Source: Antedon mediterranea (lineage: Eukaryota; Animalia; Echinodermata). From it: a DNA stretch of 64,000 bases. The notes below the pieces were generated by a model that worked only from the letters and a program-made list of their open reading frames with translations, was not told the origin of the DNA and searched no databases. Within the stretch, counting starts at the first letter, position 1. Every line of letters begins with the position of its first letter. Of the stretch, positions 35,201 to 50,200 are shown piece by piece. Made by a program: the position numbers and the translations under genes. The DNA lies in contig NC_092676.1 in the NCBI RefSeq assembly GCF_964355755.1, positions 17,688,871 to 17,752,870 on the forward strand, written 5' to 3'.

Positions 35201-38200
35201 GTTTTTTATCTTTAATTGAAACAATTACAAAATGATGATAGTTCTGCCTACTATTAATGTAAATATTATTTAACCCCCACAGGCATCATCCTTAGCTTTT
35301 TCAAGTGAACTTCGAAACGAATCAGATCCTAATCAGGTCAGTTTTTTTGTAAATGTTATTTATTAGTTATACAACACTCAGGATAGGAATAGCAATACAT
35401 TTTTGAAAAAAGAAAACAGATTTTTCTTCTCATCAACAATGCCTCTAAAGAAACAGATGACGAGAAAAAAGTGTTGTGTTAGGATCATATCTGTTCATTG
35501 TGCAATATAGCATGTCTTTCAATTTTTCTGAAATGTTGTATTAAAAATTTTATTGAAAATATGTTTTCCTTTTTCCTAAGAAAACCAATGATTATTAATA
35601 GCAAATTTTATAATACTGTAGTAGGAAACGAACATATTATTTAATACACTAAAATAGAATAACATTTATTATTGTATGCATAAATTTAAAAAGTCAGCCT
35701 GCAAGGAAGGAGAGTTGAAATTAAATAGTAAATCTTTACACATTCTGTTCTGTATTCTGTAATACTCGAAATGCCATATATTTTTTTAGTTAAATGTAAA
35801 ATTTACGATAATTTTTTAATTTAAAATATTAAACCTTTATAGTAAATTTGTGTTAAAAATAAAACAGGCTAAAACGCAAGTAGCTGAACTTGAAGCCTTG
35901 TTTGATGACCTTGGTGTTATTGTGCTAAATGGAAGGGGCCTTCACGAACCACCAATTATAATTGAGACACCAACAATCACAGCAAAGATGCAGAGAGGAG
36001 CTGCCACCAGTATTAGTGACGAACCAATAGAAGCGGGTGGAGGAATATTTATAGTGCCATCCTGTCAAACTATGGTCGGCCATGAGAAATGTTCGGACAG
36101 AAATGCTATCGATTTTCAGGTAAATAATTTCAGAAATATTAGCCATATGCTACTAAGATGAACTTACAATGACCTCCATTCTCTATTTATAAGAATATAT
36201 ATTTAGACCCTATCATGTCAATAGCCTATTGTTTTTTATATTATTAGTGGAGAATAATATTTATTTCATTGACACATTTTACATACAGTACATATATTTT
36301 GATATATTTATATTAATTAACATCTGTTATGATAGATACTATGAAAAGTAGCCAGTTATACAGTCAACTTTTTGAATTTCATTTCTTCTAGGTAAAAACA
36401 ATGTCAACAAATCCATTTAACTTTGACGACTCTGTATCCCGCTTGTCAAATGACTCTCTTGTCGTTTCATTAGCATTTAAAACAGAAGGTGGAAATGAGC
36501 ACAATATTTCTGATATTTCCGAACCTATTGAAATTATGATTCCAAGAAGTGGATCCCAGACAATTTTGTGGCAGAATGTAACCGCTGAGCCAATCAAGGA
36601 AAAGTTTAGAGTGTATCATCGTGTAGATATTGAAAATACTGACACAGCTATCAGTATAGAGTTCCAACCGTACTGTGCTAACACTACATATGAGATATCT
36701 CTGGCACATAATGATTATCCAGATACGGAGAACAACATATTTATTAAAAGCATTAATGCAGAAACTCAAGGTAAGACTTTTTAAATAAACTTTGTTTCAA
36801 ACTTGGTGTATATATCGAAAACCAAAATACCATATTTAGAAAAGTAGCACTTTCTCCTTTTTCACTAGTGCAATCAATAAAAGACATTCCAGCATATACA
36901 ACATCAAGCTGCTAAAATCATCCTTGGTAGATTGAAGCTCTCACGTTCCACAGATGCAATTAAACTTCTTCTGGGTGCATGTTTGTACAAACAGTTTAAG
37001 CTAGTGATCAAATGCCTTTGATATCCAGTATAATGCTTATTCAACACATTCCGTATGTAACTATTTGCTGCATGTTCCAATTACCTCAGCTGCCTAGCCT
37101 TACAAATCATTCAGTGTTGCTGATCCAAAGCTATGTATTGAGAGTTTCAAGAAAGATAAGATGTTATCAATTTTGACTGAAATTTCACTTTTATTCTGTC
37201 TAATCCAATAATTTTTACAATAAATATTATTTAAGTCTAATTGTATAAACATGCTTGATTTAATTTATTTTGCAGGTTACATTCATAAGATATTTATTAC
37301 ATCAAGCATAATAGGTAACCATACTGGAGTGTTTTATTTGGGGGTGGCTGAATTTAAAGAGGAAGAGGATGATGGCGCTCATAGCAGCTCATCATCATCA
37401 GTTTTTGAACAAGAGGTTCCTATGTACATATCTGAAACATTCACTTGCAACTACAGCGTTCGAATATATCTGTCCGGTTGTAATTTTTGGAGCAAAGAAA
37501 AGAACACTTGGACTAGTGAAGGCTGTGTGGTAAGCTGTTTCCAAATTGTTTGGTGGTTCTGCCTGCCTTCCAATCCAGATCCATAGTTCAATCCTGACCT
37601 AGTGCCAGTGTTATAACTCAAAACTATTTTAGCTCTACTCCCTAAACCTCTAAGGCGAGGCACGATAAATTATGAATGATAAAATAGTTTCCATCCTGTA
37701 ATTGGCATGTTGCTCGCTGTTGGATGCGTATCAATTTTTTTTTTAATTCTCTGCATAATTGTGTTGTAGTTAAGTTGTACTTATAGGCCTATTATCAACG
37801 TCTGTATATTTGTATTATCATTTTATTATAATTTATTTTATTATTTTATGACTTTATATAATATGTTTTCTATGTATATAATTATAAAGTTTTTTCCCTT
37901 AAAGGTTGGGAAAGACACCAGTTTTACTTACACACAGTGCCTATGTACACATTTGACGTCATTTTCCAGTTCGTTCATTATACCTCCTGCACCTCTGGAC
38001 TTCAGTTACATATTTGCAAACGCTGGTTTTCTTGATAACATCACTATCTATGTAACATGCATAGTTAGCTATGTTTTCTTCACTCTTATCTTCATCTGGG
38101 CAAGAAGGAAGGATAAGAAAAACGAAATTATGGTAAATGTAAAGTTTATTTTGAGAATTATTCTTGGAGTTAAACCAAGAACTCTCAGAATGCATATCAA

Positions 38201-41200
38201 TGCTAATCACTTTAGAATTAGCCTGGGTGCAGAACAATTATTATACACATTTGCGGGAAAAAAGTATAGGAAAAATTTTTTGGGGTTTTTCTAATAGAGT
38301 ATATCATATGGAATGTCCGAAAAAAAATCCCCATCCCAGGGTCTTGGGGAAAATTTTTTATGGCACTTTTAAATTTTGGCCTATATAACACACACAAATT
38401 CCTATTAACATACACAAATACCTATATATAGGGGATAGGGAAAATCAATTAACAGTTTTTGTTACTTGCAGTTGTGTTTTAATGATTAAAATTAGTAGAG
38501 GCTTACTTTAATAACTACTTCTCATAGTAGTTGATGAATCAAGTCGATACGATGACATCATCATGCCAGAATCCAATATGGCGTCCAATTTGGCGGGAAA
38601 AACAGGGTATTGCTAAACCCCCGCAAACCCCTGGAAACCTAAAAAAACCCATAGAAAACCCCACCGAACCGACATAAAAGTGATTGAATCATGGAGTGTA
38701 CGAACCACTGGGTATGTCCATCTAAAAAAAAATAAAAATTTCTACTGTTAACTACTTATTTTGGGGATAAAACATCATTTTTTGGTTAAAAATTAGCAAT
38801 CATTTTTTACCAAAAAATGATGTTTTACCCCAAAAATTAGTAGTTAACAGTAGAAATTTTATTTTTTTAAAACATGGATATACCCAGTGGGTCGTACACT
38901 ACATGATTCAATCACTTTATTATGTTGGTTCGGTGGGGTTTGCTAAGTTTTTTTGGAGGTTTGCAGGGTTTAGCAATCATTTCTGACCAAAAAATGATGT
39001 TTTATCCCAAAAATAAGTAGTTAACAGTAGAAATTTAATTTTTTTTTTTACATGGATATACCCAGTGGGTCGTACACTATATGATTCAATCACTTTTATG
39101 TTGGTTCGGTGGGGTTTGCTATGCTTTTTTTTAGGTTTGCAAGGGTTTTCGGGGGTTTAGCAATGCCCTGTTTTTTCCGCCAAATTGGACGCCATATTGG
39201 ATTCTGGCATGATGATGTCATTGTTATCGACTCGATTTATCAACTACTATGAGAAGTAGTTATTAAAGTAAGCCTCAGCAAATTTTAATCATCATAACAC
39301 AACTCCAAGTAAAAAAAATGTGAATTGGTTTTCCCTATCCCCTATATATAGGTATTTGTGTGTGTTAATAGGCATTTGTGTGTGTTATATAGGCCAAAAT
39401 TTAAAAGTGCCGTAAAAAATTTTCCCCAAGACCCTGGGATGGAGATTTTTTTTCTGCCATTCTATATGGTATACTCTATCAGAAAAAAAAGAAAAAAATT
39501 TTCCTATACTTTTTTCCCGCAAAATTTGTACTGCACCCAGGCTAAATGTTAACTGAGAGTTCACAAAAGTTTCACCTAATTTACTTGGTTTTACTCCAAA
39601 GAACAATTTATGTATGTAAAGTTTGTTTGCAAACATTACCCACCATAAGTTTTTACTTTCTGCATTCTGCATTTGAGAAAAGAAAAGACAAATTGTATTA
39701 ATATTTTGTTTTGATATCTTCTCTTTGTTTTTATAGGTTGGAATGATACCATTGACGGACAACAGCAATGAAGATAGATATTTTTATGAAGTTACTGTAG
39801 TAACTGCTGATCGTCTTTCATCCGCAACCAACTCCAAGGTAATAATTTCTATTTTGCATTACGCATTAAATACCTTATTGTTGTTTTGTCTAGGGTCCTC
39901 ACAAGACAAAGCTCTTCTACTTTGTGGCCCTATCAACAGTTAATTTCTTTTCTTTAGTATTCAATTTATGTTAAAATTATTGAATATTAAATCTTTTAAT
40001 AAATAAATTGTTAAAAAAAATATGGTGGTTGTTTTTTCAACTATGTTTTACGAGGGTAACTCGAAACAGCTGACATGCACAAGGTCCTCAACACACTTCA
40101 CAGATGTTACACTTTTCACTACTATACATGCTTCTCTCCGTCATGTCTGTGTTTGCCAATTCAGGTGCTCTCTCATCTTCCCAGGAAAGTGGCTGTGGAT
40201 GAAACCTCTTACTCATCTTGAAAGAGGTTGTAGGTTCTTTAAAGTACACAAAAGCATTTTGTGTGCACTAGACCTATAGTTCATAGTCTTTAGCCAAGAA
40301 GAGTTGTTCTAGCACAGAACCATGGTGCGAGTGAGCCTCGAAACTTAGACTTGATTCTGACTGCTATGTACTATTTTTATATCATTTTCTGTTTAAATGT
40401 TATGTTGTTTTCATTCAGAACTAAATGTGTTATCAATCATTTCCCCTTCAGTAGGGTGTATTTACTTGGATGGGTAGAATTTAGTCTTTTTACTTTCTTA
40501 GCTATTGCCTTTATTTGATATAGGTGTACTTTTTTACATTTTCTTCTTTAATCACAAAAGTATTTTTTACTACAGGTCAGTTTCATTATTTCTGGTTCTG
40601 ATAATGATACAAGTGTTCGAACATTTGATAAAATTGATAGACCAATTTTTCGAAGAGGAGCTGTTGACAAGTTTCTAATGTCAACACGAAGGTATAGATA
40701 AATTTCTTTGTTTAATAATGTTGATTGTAGAGCAGTAAAAGCCTCACATTTATTACCCCGGTCATTGCATCAAACACATACTCAGCTCCTGTAATGTTGC
40801 AGCTAGTAATCAGCGCATTTGTGTTTGAGGTACCCTTTTGTACACCTGGATGGAGAGAGGCAATCATAGGTCTTACAAAAGTACACTATGAAAAGCAATG
40901 ACATTTTCGTATTACCTAGAAGTCTTAATAAATAATTGTTATTAAAGAGATAATTAGACTCGCAGTTGCTTCCTCTCTAATAATTAAATACACAGTATAG
41001 AATTAATTTCCTTTTGATACCATATACTCATGTTTTCCATTTAATAGAGATCTAGGAAATCTGGAAACTGTTCGAATATGGCATGATAACTCGGGAAAAG
41101 GAAAATTACAGAGTTGGTTTCTAAACTCTATCATTATAAGAAACATCATAACTGGCAAAACACATCACTTTATTTTTAACAATTGGTTGTCATTGACAGA

Positions 41201-44200
41201 TGGTGATGGTTTAGTAAGTACTTTAACCAAGGCAATCTAACAACAGGACACTGAGCTCGAATTGCCAAGATTGGAACTTGTAACAGTCCTTTGATCTTAT
41301 GTCTGGCTGGCAAACAACAAAAGTACTGTACTGTGTACATATTCTCTGGGGCGCAGTGTCGATTAACCCATGGTTAACCACACAATTGAAGAAGCCAGAT
41401 AAACCTTTTAATCTCCAGAGCTCAGCATCCTGTAAGATTGCCTTGCTTTAAACAAAGATATGATACACATAAAATGCACAGCTGAATACTGTTTCAATGT
41501 GTTGTGTGAATTAAAAATGGTATACCACTATTCAATAGATAAATGCATTTTTCCAGAAAAAAATAGAAACATCCTAGAATGATTGGATAGCCATTTATTT
41601 TTCCTTTGTCAATTTGGTCAAATGACCATCAGGATCATGAACAACAAATTATTCAAAGACTGTATGAATAACAATAGTTGTAGGATGAAAACCATTCTTT
41701 TGTTTTCTGTAGAAAAACAAATCGTCGTTTCGTTATCATCCTAGTATAAACTAACCTTATTACAGTCTATTATATTTGTATGCAAGCATATAATGCCAAA
41801 ATATTAGAATATTACACCGTAGTCGCTATCCAATCGAGTTTGAACAATGCCGTGAAAGCCCCAGTTGTCTAATGGTTAGGACATCTGCATATCAAGCAGA
41901 AGGTTCCAGATTGAATCTCAGTTGGGGCGACTTTTCTCATTCTCGCAGATTTCCTCATATTTATCATTTCAAATTAATTTATTAAATTTCAGTATATCAC
42001 CAGCCGGTTTAGAAATTTATCTTCTGTGCCTGTTGTGAGAATAACCTGTATACAATAAAGAAAATATAAATTTTAAATTTGAAGTCAGGAAATCCTTCAA
42101 CAATTAGAAACAAAAAGAACGGCAGTATACTGCAGTGAGATAATTTAACACAGTATGGCAGACATCATGCACACATTAAAGGGCAAAATGTACCTTAATA
42201 GCCTGGGTGCAGTACAAATTTTGCGGGAAAAAAGTATAGGAAAATTTTTTTCTTTTTTTTCTGATAGAGTATACCATATAGAATGGCAGAAAAAAAATCC
42301 CCATCCCAGGGTCTTGGGGAAAATTTTTTACGGCACTTTTAAATTTTGGCCTATATAACACACACAAATGCCTATTAACACACACAAATACCTATATATA
42401 GGGGATAGGGAAAACCAATTCACATTTTTTTTACTTGGAGTTGTGTTATGATGATTAAAATTTGCTGAGGCTTACTTTAATAACTACTTCTCATAGTAGT
42501 TGATAAATCGAGTCGATAACAATGACATCATCATGCCAGAATCCAATATGGCGTCCAATTTGGCGGAAAAAACAGGGCATTGCTAAACCCCCGAAAACCC
42601 TTGCAAACCTAAAAAAAAGCATAGCAAACCCCACCGAACCAACATAAAAGTGATTGAATCATATAGTGTACGACCCACTGGGTATATCCATGTTTTAAAA
42701 AAATAAAATTTCTACTGTTAACTACTAATTTTTGGGGTAAAACATCATTTTTTGGTAAAAAATGATTGCTAATTTTTAACCAAAAAATGATGTTTTATCC
42801 CCAAAATAAGTAGTTAACAGTAGAAATTTTAAATTTTTTTTAGATGGACATACCCAGTGGTTCGTACACTCCATGATTCAATCACTTTTATGTCGGTTCG
42901 GTGGGGTTTTCTATGGGTTTTTTTAGGTTTCCAGGGGTTTGCGGGGGTTTAGCAATACCCTGTTTTTCCCGCCAAATTGGACGCCATATTGGATTCTGGC
43001 ATGATGATGTCATCGTATCGACTTGATTCATCAACTACTATGAGAAGTAGTTATTAAAGTAAGCCTCTACTAATTTTAATCATTAAAACACAACTGCAAG
43101 TAACAAAAACTGTTAATTGATTTTCCCTATCCCCTATATATAGGTATTTGTGTATGTTAATAGGAATTTGTGTGTGTTATATAGGCCAAAATTTAAAAGT
43201 GCCATAAAAAATTTTCCCCAAGACCCTGGGATGGGGATTTTTTTTCGGACATTCCATATGATATACTCTATTAGAAAAACCCCAAAAAATTTTTCCTATA
43301 CTTTTTTTCCCGCAAATGTGTATAATAATTGTTCTGCACCCAGGCTATAAAATAAGTACAATATTTGAAATATACATTCATTTCTATTACCAACTTACAG
43401 ATGTTTTATGTTTTTTATTCATAGGTTGTCCGTTCAAGTTTTGCTGCAACAACTTCTCAAATAAAAGGTTTCGGCCATTTATTTGGTGGACATGCACGCA
43501 AGGCCATTCGAGATGACCATTTGTGGTTCTCAGTATTTTTAAGACCACCTGAGAGTAATTTTACCTGCATGCAGAGAGCAGTGTGTTGTATGATGGTAAT
43601 GTGGTTGGAGATGTTAGTGAATATAATGTGGTATAAAAGTATGCCTCCACCAGAAGCTACTACATCAATCAACATTGGACCTATAACAGTCACCACTGCA
43701 GAAGTGAGTTTTTTTATTTTCAAGATTAGTATTGGTCAACTCTCAAGTCATACATGCCTCAACATGCAGTGCATTAACTGTCAATATTTACCTCAAGTCC
43801 TACATGCCTCAACATGCAGTGCATCAACTGACAATACTCAACTACCAAGTCCTACATACCTCAACATGCAGTGCATCAACTGTCAATATTCACCTCACAA
43901 GTCCTACATGCCTCAACTGACAATACTCAACTCTCAAGTCCTACATACCTCAATATGCAGTGCATCAACTGTCAATATTCACCTCCCATGTCCTACATGC
44001 CTCAACATGTAGTGCATCAACTGACAATATTCACCTCCCAAGTCCTACATGCCTCAACATGCAGTGCATCAACTGTCAATATTCACCTCCCAAGTCATAC
44101 ATGCCTCAACATGCAGTGCATTAACTGTCAATATTTACCTCAAGTCCTACATGCCTCAACATGCAGTGCATCAACTGACAATACCCAACTCCCAAGTCCT

Positions 44201-47200
44201 ACATACCTCAACATGCAGTGCATCAACTGTCAATATTCACCTCACAAGTCCTACATGCCTCAACTGACAATACTCAACTCTCAAGTCCTACATACCTCAA
44301 TATGCAGTGCATCAACTGTCAATATTCACCTCTCATGTCCTACATGCCTCAACATGTAGTGCATCAACTGTCAATATTCACATCCCAAGTCCTACATGCC
44401 TCAACATGCAGTGCATCAACTTTCAACATTCACCTTTTCAAGTCCTACATGCCTCAACATGTAGTGCATCAACTGTCAATATTCACCTCCCAAGTCCTAC
44501 ATGCCTTAACATGTAGTGCATCAACAGTCAATATTCACCTCCCATGTCCTACATGCCTCAACATGTAGTGCATCAACTGACAATAGTCAACTCCCAAGTC
44601 CTACATGCCTCAACATGTAGTGCATCAACTGACAATATTCACCTCCCAAGTCCTACATGCATCAACATGCAGTGCATCAACTGACAATATTCACCTCCCA
44701 AGTCCTACATGCCTCAACATGTAGTGCACCAACTGACAATATTCACCTCCCAAATCCTACATGCATCAACATGTAGTGCATCAACTGTCAATATTCACCT
44801 CCCAAGTCCTACATACCTCAACTTGCAGTGCATCAACTGTCAATATTCACCTCCCACGTCCTACATGCATCAACAGCAGTGCATCAACTTTCAGTATTCA
44901 CCTCTTAAGTCCTACATGCCTCAACATGCATTGCTTCAACTTTCAATATTCACCTTTTCAAGTCCTACATACCTCAACATGCAGTGCATCAACTGACAAT
45001 ATTCACCTCCTAAGTCCTACATGCCTCAACATGTAGTGCATCAACTGACAATATTCACCTCCCAAATCCTACTTGCATCAACATGTAGTGCATCAACTGT
45101 CAATATTCACCTCCCAAGTCCTACATACCTCAACATGCAGTGCATCAACTTTCAACATTCACCTTTTCAAGTCCTACATACCTCAACATGCAGTGCATCA
45201 ACTGTCAATATTCACCTCCCACGTCCTACATGCATCAACAGCAGTGCATCAACAGTCAATACTAACCTCCCACGTCCTACATACCACAACATGCAGTGCA
45301 TCAACTGTCAATATTCACCTCCCATGTCCTACATGCCTCAACATGTAGTGCATCAACTGTCAATATTCACCTCCCAAGTCCTACATGCCTCAACATGCAG
45401 TGCATCAACTGACAATATTCACCTCCCAAATCCTACATGCCTCAACATGCAGTGCATCAACTGTCAATATTCACCTCCCACGTCCTACATGCATCAACAT
45501 GTAGTGCATCAACTGTCAATATTCACCTCCCAAGTCCTACATGCCTCAACATGCAGTGCATCAACTGTCAATATTCACCTCCCACGTCCTACATGCATCA
45601 ACAGCAGTGCATCAACAGTCAATACTAACCTCTCACGTCCTACATACCTCAACATGCAGTGCATCAACAGTCAATATTCACCTCCCACGTCCTACATGCA
45701 TCAACAGCAGTGCATCAACAGTCAATATTCACCTCCCACGTCCTACATACCTCAACATGCAGTGCATCAACTGTCAATATTCACCTCCCATGTCCTACAT
45801 GCCTCAACATGTAGTGCATCAACTGTCAATATTCACCTCCCAAGTCCTACATGTCTCAATGCAGTGCATCAACTGACAATATTCACCTCCCAAATCCTAC
45901 ATGCCTCAACATGCAGTGCATCAACTGTCAATATTCACCTCCCACGTCCTACATGCCTCAACATGCATTGCTTCAACTTTCAATATTCACCTTTTCAAGT
46001 CCTACATGCATCAACATGCAGTGCATCAACTGACAATATTCACCTCCCAAGTCCTACATGCCTCAACATGTAGTGCACCAACTGACAATATTCACCTCCC
46101 AAATCCTACATGCATCAACATGTAGTGCATCAACTGTCAATATTCACCTCCCAAGTCCTACATACCTCAACATGCAGTGCATCAACTTTCAACATTCACC
46201 TTTTCAAGTCCTACATACCTCAACATGCAGTGCATCAACTGTCAATATTCACCTCCCACGTCCTACATGCATCAACAGCAGTGCATCAACAGTCAATACT
46301 AACCTCCCAAATCCTACATGCCTCAACATGCAGTGCATCAACTGTCAGTATTCACCTCCCACGTCCTACATGCATCAACAGCAGTGCATCAACAGCAGTG
46401 CATCAACTTTTAGTATTCACCTCCCAAGTCCTACATGCCTCAACATGCATTGCTTCAACTTTCAATATTTACCTTTTCAAGTCCTACATACCTCAACATG
46501 CAGTGCATCAACTGACAATATTCACCTCCCAAGTTCTACATGCCTCAACATGTAGTGCATCAACTGACAATATTCACCTCCCAAATCCTACATGCATCAA
46601 CATGTAGTGCCTCAACTGTCAATATTCACCTCCCAAGTCCTACATACCTCAACATGCAGTGCATCAACTTTCAACATTCACCTTTTCAAGTCCTACATAC
46701 CTCAACATGCAGTGCATCAACTGTCAATATTCACCTCCCACGTCCTACATGCATCAACAGCAGTGCATCAACAGTCAATACTAACCTCCCACGTCCTACA
46801 TACCTCAACATGCAGTGCATCAACTGTCAATATTCACCTCCCATGTCCTACATGCCTCAACATGTAGTGCATCAACTGTCAATATTCACCTCCCAAGTCC
46901 TACATGCCTCAACAGGCAGTGCATCAACTGACAATATTCACCTCCCAAATCCTACATGCCTCAACATGTAGTGCATCAACTGTCAATATTCACCTCCCAC
47001 GTCCTACATGCATCAACATGTAGTGCATCAACTGTCAATATTCACTTCCCAAGTCCTACATGCCTCAAAATGCAGTGCAACAACTGTCAATATTCACCTC
47101 CCACGTCCTACATGCATCAACATGTAGTGCATCAACTGTCAATATTCACCTCCCAAGTCCTACATGCCTCAACATGCATTGCTTCAACTTTCAATATTCA

Positions 47201-50200
47201 CCTTTTCAAGTCCTACATGCCTCAACATGTAGTGCATCAACTGACAATATTCACCTCCCAAATCCTACATGCATCAACATGTAGTGCATCAACTGTCAAT
47301 ATTCACCTCCCAAGTCCTACATGCCTTAACATGTAGTGCATCAACAGTCAATATTCACCTCCCATGTCCTACATGCCTCAACATGTAGTGCATCAACTGT
47401 CAATATTCACCTCCCAAGTCCTTCCTACATGCCTCAACATGCAGTGCATCAACTGTCAATATTCACCTCCCACGTCCTACATGCATCAACATGTAGTGCA
47501 TCAACTGTCAATATTCACCTCCCAAGTCGTACATGCCTCAACATGCATTGCTTCAACTTTCAATATTCACCTTTTCAAGTCCTACATGCCTCAACATGTA
47601 GTGCATCAACTGTCAATATTCACCTCCCAAGTCCTACATGCCTTAACATGTAGTGCATCAACAGTCAATATTCACCTCCCATGTCCTACATGCCTCAACA
47701 TGTAGTGCATCAACTGACAATAGTCAACTCCCAAGTCCTACATGCCTCAACATGTAGTGCATCAACTGACAATATTCACCTCCCAAGTCCTACATGCATC
47801 AACATGCAGTGCATCAACTGACAATATTCACCTCCCAAGTCCTACATGCCTCAACATGTAGTGCACCAACTGACAATATTCACCTCCCAAATCCTACATG
47901 CATCAACATGTAGTGCATCAACTGTCAATATTCACCTCCCAAGTCCTACATACCTCAACATGCAGTGCATCAACTTTCAACATTCACTTTTTCAAGTCCT
48001 ACATACCTCAACATGCAGTGCATCAACTGTCAATATTCACCTCCCACGTCCTACATGCATCAACAGCAGTGCATCAACAGTCAATACTAACCTCCCACGT
48101 CCTACATGCTTCAACATGCAGTGCATCAACAGTCAATAGTAACCTCCCAAATCTTACATGCCTCAACTTGCAGTGCATCAACTGTCAATATTCACCTCCC
48201 ACGTCCTACATGCATCAACAGCAGTGCATCAACTTTCAGTATTCACCTCTTAAGTCCTACATGCCTCAACATGCATTGCTTCAACTTTCAATATTCACCT
48301 TTTCAAGTCCTACATACCTCAACATGCAGTGCATCAACTGACAATATTCACCTCCTAAGTCCTACATGCCTCAACATGTAGTGCATCAACTGACAATATT
48401 CACCTCCCAAATCCTACTTGCATCAACATGTAGTGCATCAACTGTCAATATTCACCTCCCAAGTCCTACATACCTCAACATGCAGTGCATCAACTTTCAA
48501 CATTCACCTTTTCAAGTCCTACATACCTCAACATGCAGTGCATCAACTGTCAATATTCACCTCCCACGTCCTACATGCATCAACAGCAGTGCATCAACAG
48601 TCAATACTAACCTCCCACGTCCTACATACCACAACATGCAATGCATCAACTGTCAATATTCACCTCCCATGTCCTACATGCCTCAACATGTAGTGCATCA
48701 ACTGTCAATATTCACCTCCCAAGTCCTACATGCCTCAACATGCAGTGCATCAACTGACAATATTCACCTCCCAAATCCTACATGCCTCAACATGCAGTGC
48801 ATCAACTGTCAATATTCACCTCTCACGTCCTACATGCATCAACATGTAGTGCATCAACTGTCAATATTCACCTCCCAAGTCCTACATGCCTCAACATGCA
48901 GTGCATCAACTGTCAATATTCACCTCCCACGTCCTACATGCATCAACATGTAGTGCATCAACTGTCAATATTCACCTCCCAAGTCCTACATGCCTCAACA
49001 TGCATTGCTTCAACTTTCAATATTCACCTTTTCAAGTCCTACATGCCTCAACATGTAGTGCATCAACTGACAATATTCACCTCCCAAATCCTACATGCAT
49101 CAACATGTAGTGCATCAACTGTCAATATTCACCTCCCAAGTCCTACATGCCTTAACATGTAGTGCATCAACAGTCAATATTCACCTCCCATGTCCTACAT
49201 GCCTCAACATGTAGTGCATCAACTGACAATAGTCAACTCCCAAGTCCTACATGCCTCAACATGCAGTGCATCAACTGACAATATTCACCTCCCAAGTCCT
49301 ACATGCATCAACATGCAGTGCATCAACTGTCAATATTCACCTCCCAAGTCCTACATGCCTTAACATGTAGTGCATCAACTGACAATATTCACTTCCCAAG
49401 TCCTACATGCATCAACATGCAGTGCATCAACTGTCAATATTCACCTCCCAAGTCCTACATGCCTCAACATACAACTGTCAATATTCACCTCTCAAGTCCT
49501 ACATGCCTCAACATGTAGTGCATCAACTGTCAATATTCACCTCCCAAGTCCTACATGCCTTAACATGCAGTGCATCAACTGTCAATATTCACCTCCCAAA
49601 GTCCTACATGCCTCAACATGCAGTGCATCAATTGTCAATATTCACCTCCCACGTCCTACATGCCTCAACATGCAGTGCGTCAACTGTCAATATTCACCTC
49701 CCACGTCCTACATGCCTCAACATGCAGTGCATCAACTGACAATATTCACCTCCCAAGTCCTACATGCATCAACATGCAGTGCATCAACTGTCAATATTCA
49801 CCTCCCAAGTCCTACATGCCTCAACGTGTAGTGCATCAACTGTCAATATTCACCTCCCAAGTCCTACATGCCTCAACATGCAGTGCATCAACTGTCAATA
49901 TTCACCTCCCACGTCCTACATGCCTCAACATGCAGTGCATCAACTGTCAATATTCACCTCCCAAGTCTTACATGCCTTACATGCAGTGCTTCAACTGTCA
50001 ATATTCACCTCCCAAGTCCTACATGCATCAACTTGCAGTGCATCAACTGTCAATATTCACCTCCCAAGTCCTACATGCCTCAAGATGTAGTGCTTCAACT
50101 TTTAATATTCACCTTTTCAAGTCCTACATACCTCAACATGCAGTGCATCAACTGTCAATATTCACCTCCCACGTCCTACATGCATCAACAGCAGTGCATC

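Noticed and set aside
38164-43350. Repeated ORFs such as RPKFKSA.KNFPQDPGM
   Set aside because: They come from the arms of the palindromic non-autonomous element; no transposase motifs
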